From the human T2T-CHM13v2.0 reference genome, Homo sapiens, in assembly GCF_009914755.1 (NCBI RefSeq), contig NC_060930.1: 64,000 bases of DNA; one strand, 5' to 3'. The notes beneath the pieces are model-generated. The model saw only the letters and a program-made list of their open reading frames with translations, ran no database searches and had not been told where the DNA came from. How positions within the stretch are numbered: position 1 is the first letter of the stretch; every line of letters starts with the position of its first letter. Positions 14,951-27,001 of this stretch are shown one piece after another. The position numbers were made by a program, and so were the translations under genes.

Positions 14951-17789
14951 ATAAGTGTTAGGTTGCAGATTTGAGTCCTAGACTCAGCTCTTTCTCTTCT
15001 TGTTTATAATATCAATTCACAAACTAAAGATTTTTATACTAAAGAAAACGTTTAGGTGAAATCATTTGTGGTTGGCTGCTTTCAATGATATCTAGCTTTT
15101 GAAGAAGTAATAACAAAGGAAAGTTGGAAATAATAATAATAATTAAAAGGATACTAGTATTTGGCAAGATTTCAAACTTTGTAAACAACGTGATCAGGGC
15201 TAATACAGAGGGTGTGGGGTGCTAGTATTTATAGGGCCGGCAAGATAATTAGAGTGAGTAGTCTTAGATTGCTCCTAAGAAAAGTAGGTTCTACATTGAT
15301 AGTCATATAAAATATTTAACTTATAGTTTATTAAGCAAAGGAAACATTGTTTTGAAACCTAAATATGAAAGGTATTCTACTTAGAATTCTTTGAAGTAAA
15401 ATTATTTCTTGTTTTAACTTCCAAGGTCTCTCAAGGTTTTTGACAAACGATTTCCAATCTGCTGATGGTGTGAGAAAGTGCTAGTTCTCATAGGAACTTT
15501 GACCAACCGTGCTTCTATTTATTTGTACAGACCGATAAGAAATTTGCAAGTGATTCTTCATAGTGCCATCAAAATTTTTTGAGGTAAAGATGGAAATTGT
15601 ACCTCTCTCAAGATGATCTTAGGTTATTTAATACTAAGTTATTTGCTATGTCATTATTTTTGTTTATTTAAAGGCCAACTTTTCTTCCTTTTTTTCTTTA
15701 AGATCCCTGTAAGTAAATTAGTGGGGACTTTATCTGAGAAGTAGGTAAGACACTAAAAGTTTTAAAAAACAATTATTTCAAGCAAGCCTCACCTACTGCC
15801 CTCCAAGTGAAAGAAATAAATTAGAAAATACCCAGCAGTAAAGTCTTGAAAAATCAGTGAAAATACTTCTGAATATGGTGAAACTCATAATTGGAATTGG
15901 AATTTTACAATATAGAAGTCATGAAAACACTTAGTTTCAAATTCCTCAATAAAACAGAGAAGTCCAGCTAACAGAAGTTGAAGGACAACTTTTAAGCTTT
16001 CACAATATTTCAAATGTGGATTTTGCCTGGTACATTAACTCGGCTAGGATTTTAAGTTCAATGACTGACTGTTATCTATTTAATAACTAGAGGTTTACAG
16101 GCTCATATTTTAAAACACTCACATAAGGATGGGGGTATATATACTTTCTTGACTTGCTTTTTGTTACTTAAACTTTTTGCTTAGTTATTCAAATAGTTAT
16201 CTTTTATATGCTGAACTATGCATGAAGGCAAGATACTATTTCCTACCAGTGACACAATATGGAATGCATATGAAGATAAAGTAGAGGAAGATTGTGCTTT
16301 TCTATAATTTTCAAGATTCTCTCTATAACTATTTAGAAAATAGGAAAGAAATGGGCTTTGTAAACCTGTGCAGTTTTAGACAGGCAGATTCTTGGTATAC
16401 TTTCCTAAAAACTAGTTTCTCATGGGTCATGATAGTGAAAGGAAAAGGCATTTGGGCAAAAGAATAAATTAAGTTGTAAAAATGGTAACTAGGTATCTCT
16501 CTTTCTTTGGCTTATATATCTTCATTATTAAATTACACCGAGTTTGAGACACAAACTATTGTCTCATTCACACTATCTGAGGTATTGAATTGCATTATGA
16601 TTACAAATGCCAGGGCATCATATATGTTCACAAACACCCCATTTAATGAACTTTTTCCTGTAGATGTGTGTTGTGGGGGGTGTATTACATCAACTCTTAG
16701 CCCATTTTTGATTATTCTACTAATTTTACCCCTGCTTCAACAACTAAATGGCTTCTTATCTCTTTTTTCTTTTTTTTTTTACTTTTTTTTTCTACTTAGA
16801 TTTAGTATATTTGTAATGTTAGCTAAGTTTTAGAATAACTTACTGTTAATTCTGAGTGATGCTAATTTTTAAAATTAAATCTTAAGAAATTTGACATTCA
16901 AATTATATTCTGGGTTTGGAGGCCATTGGTGGAGACAGAAGGCTTTGTTTCTTAGATGTGTTGATAATAAAGGACAGTGGCTGCATCATACCCTGGCTGC
17001 TCCTTACTAATAAGGCATTTTGGGGTAGGTATAGACTGAAAAAAATTTCAGCTTCCTTGGACAGAAGAGACTAGCTGGGGTTTCTGTGTACAGTGTGAAG
17101 ATATAGTCACTACTACACTTGTCTTTGTTGTGAGGATTTCTGTCCTTGGAAACAGATCCTGGTAGACCAAGGAAAAGGCGTACTCTATACCTCTGTGTGT
17201 CCTGTCAATCCCTTCGTTTGGTCAAGGAAAGTAAACATTTTGTTTTATTAGTAGAGAGTATGCTATATCTATTTTTTTTTTCTTCTTAAAGCAGCAGTTT
17301 GAAGAGGTACTTTAGCCCAATTAGGCTGATGATGATACAGATTCAAAATGTTTGAGAGGTAGCCTCAAAGTCACATTTATTGAGTGGTCAAGTTTTCACT
17401 TAAGCAAAATGTGTCTTACTCTAATAAATGTGCAGTCGTTGTAGGGGATTTAAGAAATCCATAGTTCACATCTGTGCACCAAGATAGTACATAAGCAGGC
17501 TTTCTTCCCTTTTCCTAGAATCTATGCTTTGCTCTGGAAATCTGCATATTCAGGTACATAGCCTTCTTTTTTCAAAAGTTCTCTAAAAGCTGTTTTCTGG
17601 GTTCCCTACATTTTCTCTCATTTATTCCTCCATAATCATAGGACTCTGAGGCCTAGTAAAATGCTTGACATTTAAGTTGCTCACAGTGATTCTATTTGAA
17701 TGCTTATAATGAAGCATATCTTTAGATAGGCTGCTGCCCTCTTAACTTACAAATACTGAGGAATCTTTAGTGACAGAGCTTAATGATTA

Positions 17790-17970
17790 AAATAATTATA
17801 GTCAGGCACTCTTCCAAGGCTTTACATATGTTAATTAGTTTATTTCTATCAGCACCTTATGAAATGGATACTATTTACCATTCTCATTTTACAAACGAGA
17901 AAACGAGGCAAAAATGTGATTAACTAGTCTAAGGTCACACCACCAGTAATTGGTGAACTGGGATTTGAAA
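17790..17970. mobile_element. MIR
   Basis: ccattctcattttacaaacgagaaaacgaggc...aaggtcacac...ctgggatttgaa. Confidence 0.75.
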
Positions 17971-20900
17971 GTAGAAACAAAAGAGTTTCACACCTTCTTT
18001 ACAGACAAACATTACTAACCTTTCCCTCTAGACAAGCTCAAGTATTTGTAAATGTCTAGCTTGCTCAAACTGTCACCATCTGACTGAGAATAGAAGAGAC
18101 TTCAGTGTCATATCTTGGAATCCCATGAAGGTAACAATTTTACACGTCTACTTTTGAAGTTAAAACAAGGACTAACACATCTACAATTTTAGACATCTAA
18201 TTTTGAAATTAAAACAAGGACTACCCTCGCTTTTGCCAACAGATTTTCTAAAGTTAAATTGAGAAAAGATTCCGATAACTTGATAAATGAAGAGAAGATG
18301 TTTAAGAACCAGAATTGCAAGCTCTTTAGGAACCAGCAAAATGCAAATCAAGACACAATATGCCATATATTGTCAGAAATTATATGGATCTACACATAAT
18401 AGTAGTTACAACTTTATTGTCAAAGATGGAGGAACTACCAAGCAAGTCAAAGAGTTTAATAACCCTGAGATGTATTTCTTTAATGTCAATAGTATTTATA
18501 TGCTTATTTATTCAGTTGCAATAGTTTTGAAATGGTTAGTTTCAAAGCATTGATATTTATGCATATGCATACATTTTCCTATTTGTGTGAAATACATTAA
18601 AATTAAAAAATCTTTTTTCTTTTAAATGCAGTGAGCCACCTGAAAATCCAGAGTAACAAGAAAAGTCTCAAAAATATCAGTCACCTTACATGATTCAAAT
18701 CATCTGAGACCTGGAGAGAAGGGTCAGAACAGACCTGCCATGGTTGAATCTGATGTGATTATTTACATCCAAGTTAGAAATCTCTAAAATTATATGGAGT
18801 CTAAAAACAATATTGACCAAACCTCAGGCACGTTGCTTCAACTCTAGTTGTTCTGCTCTAGTCCTGTGGCTGATGTTTCAAGATGAGCAAACCACTGATA
18901 ATAACTTACCTAACACATCTGTGCAGTGCTAAACCAAACAAGCATAATTAGATATGCATATAAACAAGATTAAAATAGAGAAATCAAAATTTACCATACC
19001 CTGGAGCACTAGTAAATAAGCAAACATCACTTATTCATGCAGAAAATGCAGTTGTTAAATCCAGGCAGCTTACACAAGTACTGAGTAACACCCACCTCCT
19101 GTAACCTAGAGGCCACCACACAGAATTCATCATGGCCAAGAAACTCCAGGTAGGCTGTAAGGGTAGATAAATGGTATGAAGTTCGAAGGATAGAGAACAT
19201 GACTCTAGTGTTTATGGGATTAAGAGACCTTGCAGATTACGTGTAAGATCTCTAGAAGCTATAGAAGCCTCAAAGAACAATCTTGAACACGGAGCCTGTG
19301 CTTGAGTGGAAGCCATTGAAGGAAAAGCAAAACAGTGGCTAGAGGGAAATTCTTGGACTACATAACATCCAAGTCATGAAGGTTGAGAAGCCACAAGTAA
19401 ATTAGAAAATACCATCCTAGATACCAAGAAAATATACCAAAATCATTACAAATAAGAAGCATCAATATCTTTTCTTACATACATATACTGGGATTTATCA
19501 GGCTAAACTGAAACATATAAGAAGGCATTTTGCGAAGATATCTTTTCTCCAAAGAGATAAAATCATCTTAATGTTATTTTTAATTTGCTTTATATTATTT
19601 TAAGTGCTGCTGTCTAATTTCATGCAGTTTTCTTAAATTCACTGGAGAAAAATAAGTCAAGACAGGTATCTCCAATCTGATGGATGAAGAAACTGAGTTT
19701 TATAGTTAAATTGTTTCCTGCAATGTCAAGGAATCAGTAAATGGTTGAGCCAGGACTAACACATCCACTGTTGAAGTCCTCTAATTTTGAAACCGTTTAA
19801 CTTTCTTTTTCTGTCTTGATTGTATTTAGGCTAATTGTGGAGATTCTTCTTTCATATCAAATTTATATGAATTTATGCATGATGATAGTTATAACTAATA
19901 GTCAAAATTGAGATAGTATTAAGTAAGTGAAAGATATTACATTTCAGTTGCACTTATGTATTATATGTTTAGCCTCAAAGGCAGCTACATAATTGTTTAT
20001 TCAGTCAAAATCATTGATTATGTATCTACCATGTGTAAAGCAGTATTTATTCAGCCTATACACAGTGCTAAGTAAGCATATAAAACTGAAGATTCCTTAT
20101 AATAACTCCATGGCCATAGCTCATGCAGAAAGACTCTCTGCAATAATATAATGGAAAGTTAACTCTTTATATAAAACAAGCAAGTAGGAAACATGAAGAT
20201 CTATTTACTCCTAAATGGTACTAAAATTATGTCAATAAATGCAATTACTAGGAACAGATTTTGGTTCTTATCATTAGCACATTGAATGTATAAAGACAGT
20301 AGATGCACACCTCTTTGGCCGTCTTTCCAAATACATGGCAGATAGGAGTGTCTGCTGCTGCTTTGGGAGCAGAGAATCAGGGTAGACTGAGAATTATAGC
20401 AGCACATGTTGAGTAGGAATTGTGTGCTTTTCCTCAAATTTAACCGTTTTTTTGTTCAGTAGAATGTTCCAAATATAAGAATTGTTTTAGTGGTAATTAC
20501 ATATTCTTGCATTAGGGGATAGGAATAGAAACCATCCTAGCCGTTAATTCTGCGTTGGGCACTGTGTTGAGCTCAGTATATACTAAAAAGAGTAAAGTAC
20601 ATTTGCTTATCCCCTTCAGATAACTCGTAATTACAAATAAATATAAAAGAACTATGCTGCAGGAGACACCAGTAGTTCAGTCCAGCAGAAGCATGGGTAA
20701 GAGAGGAGAAGGGTTGAAGATCATGCATGGGCAGGGTCCCAATTGCTGATGCTATATTACATAATTGAGTGTGACTTTCTGATTTGTGAGTGGCCACCAA
20801 AATCTTTTAAACTAGGCAATAGCGTGATCAGATATGTGTTAGAGAATTTACTCAGGAAGTCATAAGTAAAAAGGATTAGATAGAGGTAGAGAAACAGATT

Positions 20901-22467
20901 CGGAGGATGTGACATTAATCTAGGTGAGAGATGATGAAAACCTAATTTAGGTCAGTGGCTGTGGAATGGTGATAGATTCAAGGGATACTGAAGAGCCAAA
21001 ATCAGCTGGATGTGGGGAACAATTGTTTATGGCCAGATTAATGAAGTTTGACCCTCTGTGTACTGATTTGAGAGATGTGATTAATGATGATTAAGAAACA
21101 AAACAAAACACAACACAACAAAAACTGAATAAAGGATAAAGAAGAGGTTTGGAACAAAAACATAATTTAAATTCTAAAATTCATTTGTGAGTTAGTTGTT
21201 CAGAATTCACAGCAATGAATTTATAAATGTTTGCTAAAGAGATAGAAATGCAGACAAAAATACTACCCAAAGCAATAAGAGCTAACATGTATTTCCTCAC
21301 TCAATATTGTTATAAATACTTTCTGAGTATCAATTAACAAATTTAACAACTCTTAAAGTAAGTAGTATTTTTGCCCATTTTACAGACAAGAGAAAGGATA
21401 TGGAGAAATAAAATCATTTTCCCTGTGTTACAAATGTAGTAACAAGAATAAATCCTACACCGTCTGGCTTCAAACCTTCTTCAATCACCCCACCACCCGA
21501 TGCTACCTTTTTCATGATATAAATGCTAAGTAGACTTACAGGCTGGCCAACAACATTCTGTTTTATTATATTTTTACTTAACTATAGAATTACTGATATC
21601 TTGAGTTTGGGAGATAGAATGAGGGCTTTTTTTTCATTATGGAAGAAAAAAATATTTGTCTTCATCTTGTCTAAATTTTAAAGTGGTCAAAATCACATTT
21701 CACATACCTTTGCATATTGCTGTTTCTTCAAAAACTTTCTTACCATGTGTCTCCCTCATCAAATGAGATATTGGTAAATAATCCTTCATTGTTTCTCTCA
21801 TCAAGTCCAATTTCCTCCACTTGATATCAAATTATTTGATCTGGCCTTACTATTTGCAGCCATTGATGCCGCCTATTCTTTTTCAAGATCTGGAAGGTGC
21901 TGCTATGTGGTACACCCTGGTCTTGTTTACTAATCAGCTTATTCCACCCTCCTTTCTCTCACAGGTTCACACCTCTGCTCCTCCTCTCAGCCCCTCAGGG
22001 CGTTCCTGCTTCCCCAGTCCATCACAGAAGCATCCATCCATGCTCTGAAATTAGTTTTCTCCCTCAACACCCGTTTTCCTACCACCTTTCCTGCACTTTG
22101 TGCATCCTTCAGAGCACCTGATTCTTGCTACCTTTTAAGAAGAAAACAATTTGAATTAATTTACACTTCAAGGATTCTAAAATATTTATAGAGTGTCTAC
22201 TGAGTGCCAGAAACTGCTAAGTCCCTAAGGACATAAAACAAAGATTTCCATTTGGCTTCTGCCCTCCAAGAGCACTTGATCTAGTTGGAGAGACACACAC
22301 AAATAATCTGACAGAACAAGGTAAGATAATAGCAGCAGCAGCAGTGTAAGCAAAGCGCCAAAGAGAATTAATTCTGGGTTCCTAGCGTTAGTGAAGACTT
22401 GCAGGAAATAACTTTTGAGTTATATCTTGGAGAGGGGAATTTCTCTCATTTAGAAATGTGGGAGGGA

Positions 22468-22801
<334 letters not shown>

Positions 22802-22918
22802 AGAAATGTGGGGGGGAATGTGAAGCTGGAGAGCAAAAGAATGGGAACATGGAAGTATAGCCTGTTTCCAATTTAGAATAGTTTCACTTATGATTTGTGG
22901 AGTTGACCATGGTGTGAA

Positions 22919-22981
22919 ATTCAGTAGAGGCCATACTGTGCATTCAGTAGAGGCCATACTGTGCATTCAGTAGAGGCCATA
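22919..22981. repeat. Perfect 23-bp tandem repeat, 2.7 copies
   Basis: Unit ATTCAGTAGAGGCCATACTGTGC at 22919 and 22942, partial copy at 22965. Confidence 0.92.
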
Positions 22982-23059
22982 ACCTCATAGTTTAATCAAA
23001 ACATTAGATTGTCAATCTAATTATAGAAGCCCACTACTTCTTATTTACCTAAATTCTAA

Positions 23060-23230
23060 GGAGCTCCTCCACTTAGGATGAGACTACGTCCTGATAACCC
23101 CATATTAAGTGAAGAAACTAAGTTGGGGACCCTCTGCTGTGTTGCTGGCATCAAATACACTTTCCACTTAGAATATTTTCAACTTACAATAGGTTTATGG
23201 GGAGGTAACCCCTTCATAAGTCAAGGAGCG
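23060..23230. mobile_element. TcMar-Tigger derived MITE (MER47-like)
   Basis: Terminal inverted repeats gctcctccacttagga / tcataagtcaaggagc, with internal cgtcctgataacccc-type motif. Confidence 0.6.
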
Positions 23231-26047
23231 TATAATCTATTGATCTGATCCAGAAACAGTCAGTAGTTAACTTAATCTGTATTTCAGACACCATTACCTT
23301 AACCTTCATCTCCACCATATCCTTTTTTTCTGGCCAAAATTGCTGATAGCTTTGTGGTGCCTCTTCTATTAAACTCAATTTCTCCTACTTGACTTTCAAG
23401 ATTTGATGTAATTCATCTCTGCCTTTTCTATACAAATTTCTATACAATATTACTTAATCCTCTTCAAAATATGAAGGATTGTATTTAATGTTTGCGGGTC
23501 TTGTTTTGTAAGCAGAGTAGAAGATATTTAATTGCACCTTGTTCTGCTGGCTCCACAACTAACCTAACCGAACAGGGACTCCTTTATTATGAGAGAAGCC
23601 ATCACAATAATAGCAGTAACTCAAGCATTAACCCACATTCATTTCTCAGGTAAAACTAAGCATGACTGTTTTCAGTGTCAGGTTCCTGTAGTTCCTGTTA
23701 AGTTGGGTCCTGGTGAACTCATATGGAGCTCAGTGTGTAACTGGTGAGGATCTAAGTGAAAACAAAGAATTACAATGCAGATCTCCAGCCCAGCAGATCT
23801 CTGAAAACACTCTTGCAAATGTTAGGAATGAAGAAAGGCATGGGTGTCTGTCATCTGGGAGGAATACATTTTAGTCTCATATTCTGTCTGTTTTTTAATG
23901 TAAATAGTGCATATTTCTAGCAAATTGACAGAAGAATATCAAGTTAAACTCAGAAATTTCTGTTGTAATTTGCTGTGGAGTCTGTGCTATCAGTGTAATA
24001 AGCATCTGCAAATTCATGTTACATTTTAAAGGTGTTCTTAAATTGTTTGCTTCATTTCTATGAAGTTTTAAAAATCCTATGATTTATTTCAACATGTTCT
24101 GCATATGCAGCTTAACATTTTCTATTCGTTTTCCTATTGTTTGTTGTCTAGTCATTCATTTTATTTAGTTTCAGTTATGTGAAATGGTGAGACTAAAACC
24201 ATGCTACTTAAAACAAATTTGCTCATTTTTTTCCTCTGAGCATCTTCAAGTAAGATCTATGATTAACTGCACATTGAAAAACATATTGTACCTTCTTTAG
24301 TTATATATAAAATCTACAAATATACCTAATTTGAATTTCAAGAGGGAGATAAAAATAATCTTCAGCAGTAGATAACTAGGACATTTAAACTAATGAAATA
24401 CAAGGTGCAGGTTATATCCGATGGAGCTTTATTTGCCATTAATGGAGGTTTAGAATAGACAACACCTCACTTGTTATTGCTGCCAAATTATCAAATTTAG
24501 AAATTCCTACTACTGTTACCTATCTACAAAATAGTTGGCTAGTGCATCACTACTTACTAAACTTTGTGCAATAGGTCCAATTAAATTGGATCAATTAATT
24601 ACATTTATTTTAACCTCAAGGTCAATCAGAAGAGGACTTTTATTGTTTTAATTACAGATTTAATTACATCCAATTATTGAACTTGAAAAAAAATCCACCC
24701 CCTTACAGCACTTAACTCTAATGAAGTTCGCAGAAGCATTCCTGTTGAAATATTTTATTCTCCTGCCCACATTCTTTAAGCTATGCTGAGATGCACTAGA
24801 CAGAAGAGTAAGAACAGCTGGTAGGAGTGTGTGGGATACTGCAGGGACACCAACACAAGGCCAAGAGGATGCTGCTCCACAGCTTGAAAATTTGCCAGTC
24901 ACCATGTTATCTTTATCATTTTACTATCTGGAGTTACAGTTTTTGCATTTAGGATTTAGATAATCTCTTTGATTTGTGTGTTTCTTTCAGTAGCTTTCTT
25001 CAAAATTGACATTGACTTTTCATTGCAGCTAACAATATACAACGAAGGGTAAAAGTAGGAGATAAGTGCTTCAATGAAAACATTGTTACTGATGATTACC
25101 GTAAATGTTTAAATATAATTTTTATTTAGTTATGGAACTTGTGTATTTTAATAATGGCTTATGATAGTGTATTTTTGTACCAGTTATAAATCTAATATTT
25201 TGGAGATAATTTTATAATTTCCGGGATCTCCCTCAGTGTTCCAGGATATATAATTATCACTGTATAAAATTAAGAAGAATGTTGGTTTATGTCTTGCATC
25301 TTTGAGCAGCATTTTGTTAATATGTATATCAGAAATGGGCAGGGACAGGCCAGGATATCAAGATTATCTTTGAATTTCAGTTTAGTGTAGCATGAGCCTC
25401 ATCACTACAAGTATGATAGCTAGCAATAGCGCCTCATCTGACATTTGCCTATTATTCTCATTTTTGGGGGGAATTTAAGAGGGTGATGTTTTAAAATAGG
25501 GAGTGCTTAGTATTCATCATTTCAGGTGCAAGTTAGAATGTCACTGAGTCACTTTCTATGTCAAACAACTCAATCATTCAACCAGATTTATCACTTTTTC
25601 CTTTTGTTTTGGATTTAACGTTTGCATGATCTAGTAACCTGAATGAAAAAAAAATCTAAGTTCATTTATTTTATCAAATGTTTAAAATATATGTGAACGT
25701 CCAACGACAAAATATTTCCTCTCTCATGCAAATATTGTTGTTAGTATCATGCAGTAGTTTCAGGAAGGAGCAAGAAAGATTATAACTGTTTGGCAGTATG
25801 GCTCTTTGAAGACATAATCTTGTTATTCTGTAATAATTAGAGTGGAATTAGGTTAGTGTGCAAGAGAACAAAAGGAAGTAATGGATATTCATTTTTCTTC
25901 GTATTCTGATTGGTCCACTCAACTATTTCAATAAAACTTTATCTCTTCTTGTAATATTGTATAGGAAAACAAAGAACATGTAAGGGATATAAAGGAATCC
26001 ACCAATGATTGGAGACAGGATTTTCTTTACATTGTCTAATAGACTTG

Positions 26048-26053
26048 TTTATT
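26048..26053 (-). terminator. Probable distal poly(A) signal of EPHA7
   Basis: TTTATT on the + strand. Other AATAAA hexamers at 26275-26280, 27076-27081, 28599-28604, 29081-29086 and 29197-29202 are alternative candidates. Confidence 0.6.
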
Positions 26054-26939
26054 ATTTTAAGCTGGTAAAAAGAGACTTATGATTCATGTTGAAGAAAGAG
26101 TTATTTGTGCTTGATACATTGAAGACACTGTTCAAAAGCAGTTTGTCCTTATAAAAGGATGACCCCTGTAGTATTTCTTAGGCAAGGAGGGACAAATTCA
26201 ACCAACGAAAAGCACATCTCGCCCCGAGTTCCCCATGATTTCTCCACATATAGCAAAAAAATACACATCAGTAATTTATTTGAACATGCACATCAGTGAG
26301 TAGCATAGTTCTAGGCTACTCAAGAAACAAAAGGGAGAATATCAGCATTACCTAAATAAAAAAGAGAGGTGAATCACACCATTTTAATTGTCTTAAAAAC
26401 ACAGATAAGAAGAGCAATTAAAATATAGTCCTAAACAGTACTAGCTAATGTAGATTACATAAGTATACAATATGATTCAACTAATAGTGCTCTGACAAGC
26501 ATAAACCACCAGTTCTAGTAAACAAGGACCAGATCAATTGCTGAGAAAATGTTAGATTCAAATGTAGAACAAGTTACTTTTATTTCAGTACTGAATGCAA
26601 AACACAGGTCAAGTGTGAGGACAGTGTTCTAAAAAAGGTGGCTCTATTAAAGCAAGGAGGCCATTTCCTTTTGCATTTTTATAATTTTGGAATTCTATTT
26701 TTGACGTTCACTTTCTCTACTTTTCCTCCCCTGAGCACTAATTTATTTAAAAAAAAAGATTTCAAGGTGCAAGTTGTACATTCTTATCGTTATACCATCT
26801 CATCTCTTTCTGGAAGAGAGTATTACAATCAGCATTACAATGTTAATTCTTTTTCTCTTAATATTTGTTTCACATACATGTATTTCGAAATCATAATGTT
26901 GATTAGGAAAAGAAACTTACAAACGAGATAGTGATGTAA

Positions 26940-27001
26940 TCATACACTTCCTATTGTGCTGTGTGTCTTTCCCATCCCTTCTCCCCTTTCCCTGTAAAGA
27001 G
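26940..27001 (-). CDS. EPHA7: T2-type alternative terminal coding segment embedded in the 3' UTR
   Basis: ttttttacag|CT CTT TAC AGG GAA AGG GGA GAA GGG ATG GGA AAG ACA CAC AGC ACA ATA GGA AGT GTA TGA. With exon 9 it gives SLYRERGEGMGKTHSTIGSV*, homologous to the recalled rodent T2 tail. Use in human is not demonstrated here. Confidence 0.6.

Noticed and set aside
18152-18225. ~25-bp direct repeat ttttgaa(g/a)ttaaaacaaggacta
   Set aside because: An isolated small duplication in intergenic DNA with no further structure.
22919-22981. 23-bp direct repeats superficially like a CRISPR array
   Set aside because: The copies are head-to-tail with no spacers, there are no cas genes, and the context is eukaryotic.
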